Assembly: GCA_002633005.1 (NCBI GenBank) | Contig: NMRA01000113.1 | Coordinates: 750,556-814,555, forward strand | Source of the DNA: Phoronis australis | Lineage: Eukaryota > Animalia > Phoronida | Reading direction: 5' to 3' | Length of the DNA stretch: 64,000 nt | Shown: positions 52,015-64,000 of the stretch, one piece after another | How the letters are laid out: every line of letters begins with the position of its first letter | Numbering within the stretch: the first letter of the stretch is position 1 | Notes under the pieces: model-generated | Seen by the model: the letters and a program-made list of their open reading frames with translations, nothing else | Databases searched by the model: none | Told to the model about the DNA's origin: nothing | Program-made: the position numbers and the translations under genes

Positions 52015-53500
52015 TCATATGACGAATGAAGATGTCAGAAATGAGTAAGAAATCTAGTCTTGTTCAACAGAAGGTAAACCAACAAAAGTGCAGCAAAATC
52101 AGTCAAAGGAACAGTGTTATCAGAAAATCTTGAATAATTCAAAAAGTAGACGTCCTAGCGAAAAATGGAAAACATCTTCTGAAAGCCCATTGAAAACTAT
52201 CTAATGAAGTAGATTCACAAAGTTTGACAAAATTTTCCAAAAATTTCAAATTTTGCATTTTTTGAAATTGAAAAAACGGTAAGTCTCGGGGAAAAATCGT
52301 TAGAGGTCGTTTAAAAGAGTATAGCTCAGAGAATCCACATGCAAAAATTCACTTCTTTAGCTCTTCCCGTTAAAAATGCCACCCAAGCACGATTGAAAAT
52401 GGACGAAAGTGCGTCATATCCACCATCTTGAAAACAGCTTGCGGTTAAGCAGATATTGATACTCATAGGAAACTAATAAAAGTAAAATTTTAAAACAATT
52501 GGTTATAAAATACACCCTCTACAGGACAAAATGTTTTCACCCCGAAATCGAGGTGCCCATTCGCAATGGCCAATATATCCACCACCTTTGACCGAGAGTG
52601 AACAATTTCCGGCACATGTGTAGTACACATAGGTCACAATTTTCAGCCGTGTATGTCAAAAATTGCAGCTTCTATGAGCATTTGAGTCTGCATTTGAAAA
52701 CAAAATGGCTGCCACGTCCACCATCTTGAATCCAGTCATGATGAAACATAATAGGCTCCCAGTAGTTTTGGGACTACAGGTTGTATGTGAATTTCATGTG
52801 AACTTGACCAAAAATGCGACCTATAGAGAGCGAACAAACATTTATTAAGCCCGTTGAGGTAACAAACGCACGGAGAAGCGACACTTGGCAAAATTGACTG
52901 AACAGATGACAATGGAGACGACAATGACAATGATGATGACGATGAAAGTGGCAATGATGAACATGATGATAACAATCATGTGACGAATGTGTCAGAAATG
53001 AGTAAGAAATAAGCTATAGTCTGGTACAATAGACCGTAATCCAACAAAAGTGCAGTAAAATAAGTCAACAAATGAACAGCGTTATCAGGAAATCGAATTC
53101 AAGAAGTATACGTCGTAGTGAAAAATGGAAAACATCTGAAAGCCCACAAAAAATCTATTTAACGATGTAGTTTCACGAAATTCCACAAAATTTTCGAAAA
53201 ATTTCAAAGTCAAATAACTCAAAAACGTTAAGTCTGAGAAAAAAATTGTTACAGGTCACTTGAAAGAGTACATATACCTTAAGAAATCCACATGAAAAAA
53301 TTCACATCACTTGCTCTTCCCGTTAAAAATGACATCCCTGCACGATTGGAAATGGGTGGAAATGGGTGAAAATAGGCCAGATCCGCAACCTTGAAAGCAA
53401 CTTCCGGTTAATTAGCACTTGATAATAGCTAGTCAAAGAAAACTAACAAAATGTTTCGAAGCAATTGGTCCTACAATGAGCCCTCTACAGGACAAAATGC
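52015..53500. repeat. Two diverged copies of a dispersed repeat also present at ~56050-56950
   Basis: Shared blocks such as agcgaaaaatggaaaacatct, gaatccacatg and gcaacttccggt; separated by GAY-rich low-complexity tracts. Confidence 0.7.
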
Positions 53501-54489
53501 TTTCTTGTTTCTTTCTGACAGCAGGTGTTGCCTAACATTTCCAACCATCAACCATGAATGCTATAATAGTAAAAGAGACCCTTGTTAAAGAATTCCTGCA
53601 ACTGGCATTTTTGTTACTGGCGAAAGTGAAAATGCTACTATTTTAGCCAGTTTCTAAAACAAGATGGATATAAGAAACAGTCTTTATTACAAAGTGGAAA
53701 TTATTAACTAATGACTTAACAGTTTTTCAAGGTCTTGATGTAGAAGACATAATTATTATACTTAATTATAGATATTCTAACAAATTTGAGTGCATTCGAT
53801 CAAACTGAAAGTGTAACACTCAGTTCACATACTGGCGGTACTATTTTTGCCAACACTTTCACTGGTAGAGGAAAGGCTTGTGTTAATGATTGCAAGTCAC
53901 TGTGGCTAGCATTTTCCTGGTCGTTTGAGTTACACTGATATTTCTTTGTTTTTGCAAGCACTTTCATAGCTAGACTGCTTTAACTTTTAAGGCCACACAT
54001 ACGCACCATTTTAACAACTACACTAAGATTTCTTACTACAACGCTTCCGTTCATTTCCGTTTATTCATTTATTTCTGTTTATTCGTTTGCACAATAATTT
54101 CCAAAATTATCATTTCTACATTTTTCAGAGGCTGACACCTAGATACAACTACTTGCACTTTTGCCAAGTGCTTTAATGAACATCAGATGTCCACCATATC
54201 CTGTACTAAATTGATGGAGGACAACAGACAGCCTAAAGCATCATAAGTGGTAGAATACCTTAGCTAGCCATTCACAGTACAGTGAGCACACTTGACTTGG
54301 TGAGCTGACAGGTCACTGACCGTTTAATGCATACACTAGTCATCAACTTGGCAAAAACATTAGACAGGGGGGGTACTCAACTATATTTAGCCATGGATGA
54401 AGCTAGAAAATTAGGAAACCCACTCACTTAAAAGAGTGCACTAGAAAAAAAATATCTGTTTGAGGGGAGCTTCCATAAAATACTCTCCT

Positions 54490-55036
54490 TTTTGTAGGGT
54501 TTTGTAGTGGGCATCACCCTGCTGTAGGGTTTTGATGTGGGGACATGTTGATGGTGATCCCTTCATTTACTTGATGAAGACTTGTAACATTTGGAACTTA
54601 GCAAATTTCATTCACCAAGTTTTTATTGTGCAAAGTTAATTTAATAGTCTGTATTGTGGCAACCACTTTGTCAATTACCCGCTTGTATTTGCTACTTTCA
54701 TATTTGTATGTAGGCCCGAGGCCTCAGTACTGAAATAAATTTGATTGATTGATTGATTGTAATGGGAACATCTGTCTTATGTAGGGTTTTGTAATGGGCA
54801 CATCACCCTTTTGTAAGGTTTTGGAGTACGAACATCACCCTTGGTATAGGGGTTTGTAGTGGGAACTTTACAGAGTTTTGTAATGAGAACATCACCCTTT
54901 TGTAGAGGGAACATAGCATATGTGTAGAGTTTTGTAGTGGGATCATCCCAATTTTGTAAGGTTTTGTCGTGGGAACATCACAAGGCTTTTGTAGTGGGAA
55001 GAGCACTTGTGTAGGGTTTTGCAGCAGGAACATCAC
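54490..55036. repeat. Degenerate ~30-bp minisatellite interrupted by a LINE-like 3' fragment (~54545-54760, + strand)
   Basis: Unit resembles tgtagggttttgtagtgggaacatcaccctt; the insert ends ggcccgaggcct...aataaa...(gatt)n. Confidence 0.75.
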
Positions 55037-55539
55037 AATTTTGAAATGTTTTCTTCTAAAAACACCACCCTTTAGTTTAGTTTTGTTCTACAACAAATTA
55101 ACTTTTGTGATAAAAATGCACAAAATGTTTTATAGATTTGTATAATGTCAATAACTCATTTGTGGAAGTAATAAGAAACCTTTCATTAGCCAACTTTCAA
55201 ACTCCTGAAGAAAATCCTTTTGTAAGTTAGAAAGGCACCCTTCTGTAAAGAAACTGGTAGTGAAAAAGTTCCTCATTTGACTACAACTCTTGCATACTTC
55301 TTGTATGGGAGACCCCCCACTTCAGAACAACAACAGGTACTGAGCTTGTTTTGCATATCCAAGAAGTAATCCACATGTTTACAGAATGAAAATATAGCAC
55401 AGCTGACATTCATTCAATCTTATGCCAGGAAGACATAATCTGAAGAACTAAGTGCACAATGTAGAGGGGTGGTTCAAAAGGTGCCATATGGAGTTCAATC
55501 TAACTTTTGATTTACAAAATTTTCAAATTTTCCATTGTT

Positions 55540-57820
55540 AACTTCATATAAAGATCCTGCAGAGGGCTTAGGAGATACAGGTATGCCTGGGCGCAAAACA
55601 AAAACAAAACTGCCACAAGGAGGTGCCACAGTAGTCGAAGTCATCGGGAAAACATCGTAAATTGTCCTCTTTATAGTAGGAACATACATGCCAATTTCCA
55701 CAATCATCCTTAGAGTGATTTGGTTGATGGAGGGACGAACGCCAAATGAAAGCGCTCCAAGGAGCGAACCTTGGCGAAATTAACCAAAAAGGCAACGATA
55801 AAGATGATGACGAAGATGATGACGCAGATGACGAATATGACGACGATGGTGGCGAGGATGAACAAAAGAAGTAATAATAACATAGACATGACGAACGTAA
55901 AAGTCCAAAATCAGTAAGAAAAAGGCTACAGTCTTGTGCGACACTAAGCGAAATTAACGGAAAAGACAACGACGGAGATGACGACGAAGATGATGACGTT
56001 GATGACGAATATGACGATGGTGGTGGCGATGATGATCAACATCACAACATTCATATGATGAACTTAGATGAATCAATAAGAAATAGGCTACAGTCTAGTT
56101 CAATAGAAGATAAACCAACATCAATGCAGCAAGAGCGCTCAACAAAGGAACAGCGTTATCAGAAAATCTCAAATAACTGGAAAAGTAGACATCCTAGCGA
56201 AAAATGGAAAACATCTTCTGAAAGCCCGTTCAAAATTCTATCTAAACTGATGGTATCGCCTACTTCCGTAAATTTTTCGAAAAAATGAAATTTTGCGTTT
56301 TTTTAAAGAAATTCAAAGTCAAATAACTCGAAAACGGTAAATCTGAGAAAAAAATTGTTACAGTTCATTTGAAAGAATATACTTCAAAGAATCTACATGC
56401 AAAAAATCACGTCTTTTTCTCTTCCCGTTTAAAATCACACTCCATACGACTGAAAATGGGTCAACATGCGCCAGATCCGCCATCTTGAAAGCAACTTCCG
56501 GTTTTTCGGCTTTGTATATAATAGCATGTTATAAGAAACTAAAACCTGTAAAAATTCGAAGGAATTGGTTTTATAATACGCCCTCTAGAGGAGAAAACGT
56601 TTTTAGGCCAAAATCGAGGTGCGCATGCGCGATCGCCGATATTTCCGCCATCTTTAATCAAAAGTAAACAATTTCCGGTACACTTGTAGCAAACTTCCGG
56701 TCCATTTACTGTGCCGATTCTTAGCCTTTTACGTAAAAAATTGTAGCCTCCAGAAGCATTTGAACCTTTAAATGGAAACAAAATGGAAGCCACAGCCGCC
56801 ATCTTGGATCCGATTTTGACGAAAAACAATAGGCTTCCAGTACTTCCGGAAGTACGTGTTATGTGTAAATTTCGTGATGATCGGACGAAAATTGCAACCT
56901 GTATCGTGCGAACAAATAAAAAAAACTTAGTGAAAGAGCAACATACTTGGCGAAATTTATTTCGTTCGCCAAGTAATTTATTTCGCCAAGTAAAAACAGA
57001 CTTAAAACAGTAAAAATGGCCACTAGGTGGCGCAAAATACTCCAATCCATCCGAAAATGGGAGGATAGCCTCATTTTATTAATAGATGTCTATGTGCTAA
57101 ATTTTATAGAAATCCATCGAAGGCCTTTGAAGATACAGATGTAAACGTAAAAAAATAAAATTGCCACTAGGAGGCACATCTGTAGTCCGATCTGTCTGAA
57201 AGTCATCGTGGTCCGTTGTCAACTTCATATAAACACATCGGCTGCATTTAATAAAGATCCTGTAGAGCGTTAAGGAGATACAGCCATGGCGCAAAAACAA
57301 ACAAAACTACCACAAGGAGGCGCCACAGTAGTTGAAGTAGTCGGAAAATCATCGTCAACCGTCCTCTTCATAGTAACAACATGCCAATTTTCGCAATCAT
57401 CCTTAAAATGGTTTGGTTGACAGAGGGGTGGATGCCAAAAAACGGGACTCGAAAATAGTAAAAATGGCCACTAGATGGCGCAAAATGCCTCGAATCCATC
57501 TCAAAACAAAAGGATAGCGTCACCTTACTAATAGATGCTTATGTGCCAAATTTCACGAAAATCGGTTGAGGACCTTTGAAGATACAGAAGCAAACGTAAA
57601 AAACTAAAGTTGCCACAAGGAGGCACAGCGGTATTCGGTCGGTTTAAACTTGTCGCCCTCTGCCGTCAACCCCATAGGAACATACCTGCCAAATTTTAAT
57701 AAGATTGTGCATGAGGTTTAGGAGATACAGCCATGGACGCCGAAAGCCCAAACAGAGATGACGGCAATATGCACCCACAAATAAATATGTACCCACATAT
57801 AAATATGTGGGCGCATAAAA
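55540..57820 (-). mobile_element. Composite HINE/DINE-1-like copy
   Basis: Same sub-repeats as 38988-40432; terminus atgtgggcgcataaaa. Confidence 0.65.
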
Positions 57821-60721
57821 ATATCAAAATGATTAAATATTACGGTACTCATTAACTTCATAATATCTTAAATGTGGCTAAACTAACAAGGTTATTTAAA
57901 ATAAGATTTAGAGAGCTTCTTCTGATGGGCTTTTGTAATTTTAGCTTTGTCCTTTGACAATGAACAAACGTGTTTTAATACCTGCAATGAAAACATGCAA
58001 CTTGCCTTGTTTTACTGTTCTCTAAATGATTGGAGAGCTGCTCAGTAGTTTTAACCCAGATCTAGGTCACCAATGGCCAGTAATCAGAACTAAAGATTGT
58101 ATCTAATACATCTTGTCACCTTTTGAACAAAACATCTCCATGTAAAATCTCTCCACTTAGGGATGCAATACGGTAGACGAGCGAAATTTTATTTTGATTC
58201 CTATTTTTTCCATAAAGACATGTAGCACCATATTAATGCTTTTCCGTGTTCAAGTTCTGTATCATAGCTGCCACTCGACTATATTATAATAACTCAGGGT
58301 CATTCAAAATTGAAAACATGGAGATTTTGGCAATTCTTTATGACCAAAATCGGTAAGATTATAACGTAGTTAATTGAGGTACTCATATCCGTTCTTTATT
58401 CTCTATCAAGCACAATTAAAATTTGGAAACATAGTGTACTCAGTTACTCGGTATATACAAAAGGTCACTATCCTCTGCTGTACTCCTTTGCCATAACTGA
58501 ATTTTGAACCGCCAAAATCGATGACTCTAACTTCTGATAATTTGCTTTAAATATTTTAATATATAAAAATGCCCTATTTATACCTAACCCACCTAGTCAA
58601 AAAGGACAATATTGTTTTGATATTTGTAAACATCACACACAGATCTCATGGAACAGGTTTTCACTCAAACAATGGCACATGCCTAAATGATTCTGTGAAC
58701 TTAAAAAATCAACCCATGCTGGAGAATGCACCCTATGCCTTGCACCTCATGCCATGTATGGATGGACTGTTTTCCAGTCCAGCTAATTGAAAGAAAAAGT
58801 TCAATGTTCTGCCATGACCTTTTGACTGTTTCCCCAGAGAAGTGATGAAGACAACTACAGCATGTCCTGGTGACTTCATTAACACTGACACATGACAGAA
58901 CATCAACTTTACTAGTAATGGTGCAGCAGTCCCAGTCAGGATAATAACTCAGCTATGGTGACTAAAACGCAATATGCAATTAATGACCAACTGGAGGCCT
59001 GACCTACCATAGTTGACACAACAAGCACCCATAATAGTGCACCTGCGACAATGATGGAAAAATCAATGTCCACTTAAACATCATATTCAGCAAATGGATA
59101 GCATTGGACATTGGATTTAGTACCTTGAACAAGTGAAATAATGAATCAATGATAAACATAGCTCATTGATATTTTAAGTCAGAGATGTTCCGACCAATTT
59201 ATACATTTTAGACTTCTCAAGTAAAAAAAAATGCTAGCCACAGTGACTACAACAAGTTGATGTTCATACGGCAGAACAAACAGCATGTTAAGCACCATAT
59301 CAATCTACCTTCACTGTTTCCAAGAAGTTTTTTGCAATTTCATAAATTTCAGCATGGATATATAAACAGAATTATGAACATGGATAGACTAGGAAACGGT
59401 GGGAAGCAGGTTATAGTTCTCGTCCAGATAGACAGCTCCTCCTGCCTGTGCTGCCTCCTCTTGGCGTGGCTGGAAGACAGGTCACCTCTCTCGTAACCTT
59501 CTGTATATTTCTGTTTGACCATATGCACCATTTTGTTGACAAATGAAGATATATCAGGAAAAAATGTCGATTCCTACCCCCAGTGTTCCTTGAGTTAAAA
59601 GGATTTAAAAACATCTAGGCTACACAAGTGTCCGTCTGTACTTGAGAGGTACAGCAACATGACTTTGGTGACTTAGCTAGCGTGAAGTGTTATGTGTAGA
59701 AAATGTTCCAGCGTACATGACATATTAACACCTGCCGCCCCTTAATATCCAGAGTGGATGTATCCCCTTAATATCCAGAGTGGATGTATAAACACTGTTA
59801 TGGACATGGATAGTCGGTAAAGAAACACTGGTTCAAACATTAAAGTGCATCTCGCCTCCAACAACCTCGTCATAAACTAGACAACCTGTTCACACACTAT
59901 TTAAAATACTAGCATTTTGTCAGCAGCAAAAACACCAGTAATGTAAACGGTTACAAATCACGACTTTTGCTAACCGTTGGCTTTGCCGTCAGTTTGAGTT
60001 AATCCAAAATGGATGGCATTTTCGTTAGCACGTTTGTAGCCAGGCCACTTACTTCAAAGGGTACCCATGTGCAAGGGTAAAAGCCTGTGTTCATTGTTGC
60101 CTTAATTAATTTACAGCAGAGAGTAAACATGTTTTTGACATCAAAACTTGCTAAAAGGCAACTCAGATGGTGAGCAAACAAACTAACTACTGGCGAAAAT
60201 GACCCAGCATTCGTGTGGACCGCTGTCTTTTTGGCTAAAATGCTAGCGTATTCGATACCGTCACATGTTATCCACTGATGTGAACCTAGTGTAATTCTAA
60301 TCACAGTTCATAGCTGGCAGTTGCTGTGCTTTTCTAACATATAAAGGCAAGCAATGTTCACGCAAAACTGATATTCAACAACATAGGTTGGATTAGAGGG
60401 TTATAACTAAAAGGAAATGTGTGACCATGGCATTATAATACAGACAAGCCATTGTGACAGACATGCATGATGGCTATATGAACATATGATTAATAAAGTC
60501 ACAAAAGCTATGAATGGTCAATAACACATACCTAAGGTAGTCAACAATGCAGTTAAATGTTAAGAACTGAACAGCACAACTGCAGCAAGACAACCACACC
60601 AGTCAGAGTTCCCTGAGGAAATAGTTGATTTATGCAGTTCAGTTCGTTTGCAGACAACCGGTCAATGACCTCAGTCAGCTGAGCCATCCAATCAACAAAA
60701 GTGGGAGGAGCTTAATACACT

Positions 60722-63700
60722 TAATAATTATATTTATTCAATAACTAGGCCTCCGGCCCTTGTTACAATCAAATCATCAAATACAATAAAGGTAAGTGTC
60801 AAACACTAGAAGTAAACCGAATTCTTCTTCGCTTGAATGCGAAATGAACATATTTACATGTTGACCATATAAGATCTTTTTCCTCCATAGTCATGAGTCT
60901 GTTGAATTTTGTAACACTGGGATTGTTGTAGCTCCATGCAGGCAAATATCGTTTCCTAAGGTCATCGTAGAATGGGCATTCGATAACAAAATGATATTCC
61001 GACTCGACATATGTCCTAACACAGAGAGGGCATAACCTTTCTGTTCTGCTAAGTTTCAAGTGTCTACCCTTTTCAATCATTAGTGCATGCGCTGAACATC
61101 TCAATCTCACCATATCAGATCTAACATTTACATTGTCAATTACATCTAAATAGTTTTCAAAACATATATTTAACTTAAAAGTTCTGTAAGTTTCCAGCTT
61201 AATCGAATTGTTCAAAATATCTTGCCATTTTTGCTGATCAATATCTTTGCATCTTTGTTTAAAAAGTGATATGAAGCTTGTCTCGGAACCTACACCCTGA
61301 TTATACCATGCTTCTCCAAAACCAAACTGAAATAACAATTTCTTAACATCATTAACCCAGCACGGTTTATTAACGTTTTCCGTCATATTGTACTGCCATT
61401 CATAGCAATGATATGTAATTTTTGACTCATCGGTTTTTAATAGTTTTAACCAATATTTCATAATTCTAGGAAGTCGGTAAGCAATCAAGGAGTAACGACC
61501 CATCTCACCTCTAGCAGTCGATGAAACTGCCGTGCTAGGCAAATTTAAAATTTCTTTACAAAATTTTGTGTGGACTATTTCAATACATTCGCAATCATTA
61601 AAACCCCAGATCTCACAGCCATAATGAAGTATCGGCAATATTTTACAATCGAATAATTTTAAACTAACTTTAACAGGGAGTGCATTAAAACCATTGACAT
61701 TTTTTCTCATCAAATTCACTGCCTTAGTAGCCTGTAATGATAGAGTTTTCTGTGCGCAAGACCACGAACCTTTCGTAGTAAACATTAATCCTAGATATTT
61801 GTATGCATTTACAATATTAACAGTATTCCCATCATACGTCCATTTTTCATACGATCGTAACATTCCACCTTTTCTGAAAACAATTATCTTAGTCTTCGAC
61901 ATGTTAACAATCAATTTCCATTTCTGGCTATACTCATATAAAATGTTCAATTTTTTCTGCAGTCCTTTCACACTATAAGAAAATAAAACCAAATCATCAG
62001 CAAACAGCAGATGCAATAATTCAGCTGATCCCATGGAAATTGTTTCACCTCCCCCGGATTCTAATTCTTGTTCGAGATCGTTTATAAATAAAATAAACAA
62101 AAACGGTGATAGCTGAGAGCCTTGTTTTAGACCATTATGACAATCAAAGAACTCCGTGTAGCTTCCGTTACTCATTTTCACGCACGCTTTTACTTCAGCG
62201 TACATTGCTTTTATTATCTTATACATCTTACCTTCTATGCGATTGTTTCTTAATTTAAAATACAATGCGCTTCTATATATACTGTCATAAGCTGCCTTAA
62301 AATCCACGAAAGCACAATAGAATCTACCTTTATCTCGTGTCAAATATTTAATTATTAACGTATATAAAGCAAACATGTGATCCACCGTACTGTGTCCTTT
62401 CCTAAACGCAGCTTGAGACATACTAATTACGTTTTCTCTTTCCGACCATTTTTGAAGTCGCTGGCACAATATTTTTTCGAATATTTTGGCCGTGACTTGC
62501 ATGAGGGATATTCCTCTGAAATTTTCAGGAATTTTGGTACCGCCCTTAAATATCGGTACTATAATGGATTTTGTCCATTCTTTTGGAAACACACCATTTT
62601 TAAAAAAGTAGTTGTAAAGCTGGAACAGCGAATCTACCAACTTTTTATCAGCATACTTGTAGAACTCAATGCTAATTTTATCACATCCTGGCGAAGTTCC
62701 ATCTTTCATACTACCGATGGTTTGTATAATTTCGTCTTTTGTGATTTCAGCGTCCAACTCCATATCAACAACTGCATTACTTGAATTGATGTCATTTTTT
62801 ACTGAGTTCTCAATAAAAGCATGAAACTCAGCGAACTCCGGATTAGTAACAAAATATTGGCCTTCGAACAGAGAGCTGAAATAATTTATCCATTCCTCCG
62901 GTTTAATATTCGTTGATACACCTTTCTTCTTAATATTAAATGCGCGCCAGAATTTTTTACTGTCTTTACTCTCCACAGCTGATTTCAAAGTTTTGTAATG
63001 TTTTCTTTTACACTCTATCTGTTTCACTTTTTTTAAGTTTCCATAATCCCTTCTAGCTTGTACATATAGAGTTCGGCAAATGTTTTCTCTCAGTGTTCCA
63101 ATACTGAATCTAAAATTACATAATTTTTGCCTAACGACAGCTCTCATCTCCCTACAATCAGCGTCAAACCATTTGGGAAAACTAACTGGGTTATAAGATA
63201 TGTTCACTTTTGGTTTTAACATGTCTGCAGCACATAATTTAATGGCTTCCATTAAACTTTCTACACTTGAATCTATGGTCGAGGGTAAATGACTCTGCAC
63301 GTCAGCGAGCAACTGATCCACCTCCGGGCTCGACCAGTTTTCTGCATATCTTAGGCTCAACCCCTCGTTCCATTTATAAACATTTTCATTCTGTTCACCT
63401 CGAGCCCAGTTGTTTTGCTGCGTCTTACACATACTAAAAATCAATGGAAAGTGCGCAGTCGATTCACATATTTCACCGATTTCAAAACCGTCCACACAGT
63501 ACAATAAATCCTTGCTCATCATGACATAATCAACAACACTAGATCCATTATAAGTTACACATGTTACACTACCAATGTCTGCATCTTTCCCTACTCTTCC
63601 ATTCAGAATTCTTATCTCATTTCTTTGACAAAAATCTAATAATTCTGTACCAAACTCATTTACCTCACCATTATCTTGTGAGGTCCTACAACACAGGCGA

Positions 63701-64000
63701 TCTTCTACATAACCAACACAATCAAAAATAGCACTGGATTCATCCATATACTTAATACTGTCATCTGCAATAAAGTCTGGCCTGTTACGCGTACGAGCAT
63801 TAAAATCGCCCATAATTAAAAGGTGACAATCCCCTCTCATTTCAGCAGTATAACCTTGTACCTCCCGCTCAAGTGTTTTCATTATTTCCAAATTTTTACT
63901 TGAACTTTTTGGAGACTGATACACAACTGCAACTAAAACAGGATACAGATAATCGGGTAGGTCAATTTTTACCCATAAAACGTCACACGAACTTGAAGGA
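60722..64000 (-). mobile_element. Non-LTR retrotransposon, RTE-X-like (clade tentative)
   Basis: ORF2 above, then a short 3' UTR with a ggccggaggcc hairpin, AATAAA and an AT-rich tail. Confidence 0.85.
60799..64000 (-). CDS. LINE ORF2 (APE endonuclease + reverse transcriptase + C-terminal CCHC), open to window edge
   Basis: More than 1040 codons with no stop; GDFNAR, SSVVDY, FVDFKAAYD, GLKQG, LFADD, YKYLG, CPLC..ESEYHF..C motifs; frame stays open upstream of 63924. Confidence 0.96.
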   Translation of the reverse strand, partial: PSSSCDVLWVKIDLPDYLYPVLVAVVYQSPKSSSKNLEIMKTLEREVQGYTAEMRGDCHLLIMGDFNARTRNRPDFIADDSIKYMDESSAIFDCVGYVEDRLCCRTSQDNGEVNEFGTELLDFCQRNEIRILNGRVGKDADIGSVTCVTYNGSSVVDYVMMSKDLLYCVDGFEIGEICESTAHFPLIFSMCKTQQNNWARGEQNENVYKWNEGLSLRYAENWSSPEVDQLLADVQSHLPSTIDSSVESLMEAIKLCAADMLKPKVNISYNPVSFPKWFDADCREMRAVVRQKLCNFRFSIGTLRENICRTLYVQARRDYGNLKKVKQIECKRKHYKTLKSAVESKDSKKFWRAFNIKKKGVSTNIKPEEWINYFSSLFEGQYFVTNPEFAEFHAFIENSVKNDINSSNAVVDMELDAEITKDEIIQTIGSMKDGTSPGCDKISIEFYKYADKKLVDSLFQLYNYFFKNGVFPKEWTKSIIVPIFKGGTKIPENFRGISLMQVTAKIFEKILCQRLQKWSERENVISMSQAAFRKGHSTVDHMFALYTLIIKYLTRDKGRFYCAFVDFKAAYDSIYRSALYFKLRNNRIEGKMYKIIKAMYAEVKACVKMSNGSYTEFFDCHNGLKQGSQLSPFLFILFINDLEQELESGGGETISMGSAELLHLLFADDLVLFSYSVKGLQKKLNILYEYSQKWKLIVNMSKTKIIVFRKGGMLRSYEKWTYDGNTVNIVNAYKYLGLMFTTKGSWSCAQKTLSLQATKAVNLMRKNVNGFNALPVKVSLKLFDCKILPILHYGCEIWGFNDCECIEIVHTKFCKEILNLPSTAVSSTARGEMGRYSLIAYRLPRIMKYWLKLLKTDESKITYHCYEWQYNMTENVNKPCWVNDVKKLLFQFGFGEAWYNQGVGSETSFISLFKQRCKDIDQQKWQDILNNSIKLETYRTFKLNICFENYLDVIDNVNVRSDMVRLRCSAHALMIEKGRHLKLSRTERLCPLCVRTYVESEYHFVIECPFYDDLRKRYLPAWSYNNPSVTKFNRLMTMEEKDLIWSTCKYVHFAFKRRRIRFTSSV

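Noticed and set aside
55568-57300. Ser-rich and other ORFs in the 55-57 kb region
   Set aside because: They derive from GAY low-complexity tracts and dispersed repeats.

Overview
AT-rich animal genomic DNA (invertebrate-like; a lophotrochozoan such as a mollusc is my inference), not prokaryotic. Positions ~2-33.6 kb (+) hold the 3' part of a Piezo mechanosensitive channel gene. I reconstructed 21 shared exons by hand (beam, latch, clasp, last THU repeat, anchor/PFEW motif, outer helix, cap), all with phase-consistent GT-AG junctions. The main finding is that the gene ends in two tandem, intact, phase-matched terminal exons (31659-31923 and 33295-33553). Each encodes a complete pore inner helix plus C-terminal domain; they are ~46% identical, and the proximal one has a charge reversal in the MFEELP pore motif (MFKELP). 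This looks like a splice-swappable Piezo pore module. A convergent minus-strand gene (two exons, 38450-41153) follows. The rest is transposon-rich: a 5'-truncated L1/Tx1 LINE with a 13-bp TSD split by an Academ-like transposon that itself carries a MITE, an uninterrupted EN-RT LINE ORF running off the window end, a HINE/DINE-1-like repeat family rich in CTCF-like motifs, Kolobok-like and Harbinger-like elements, minisatellites, and two single-N assembly joins. All calls come from reading the sequence by eye; no database searches were run.
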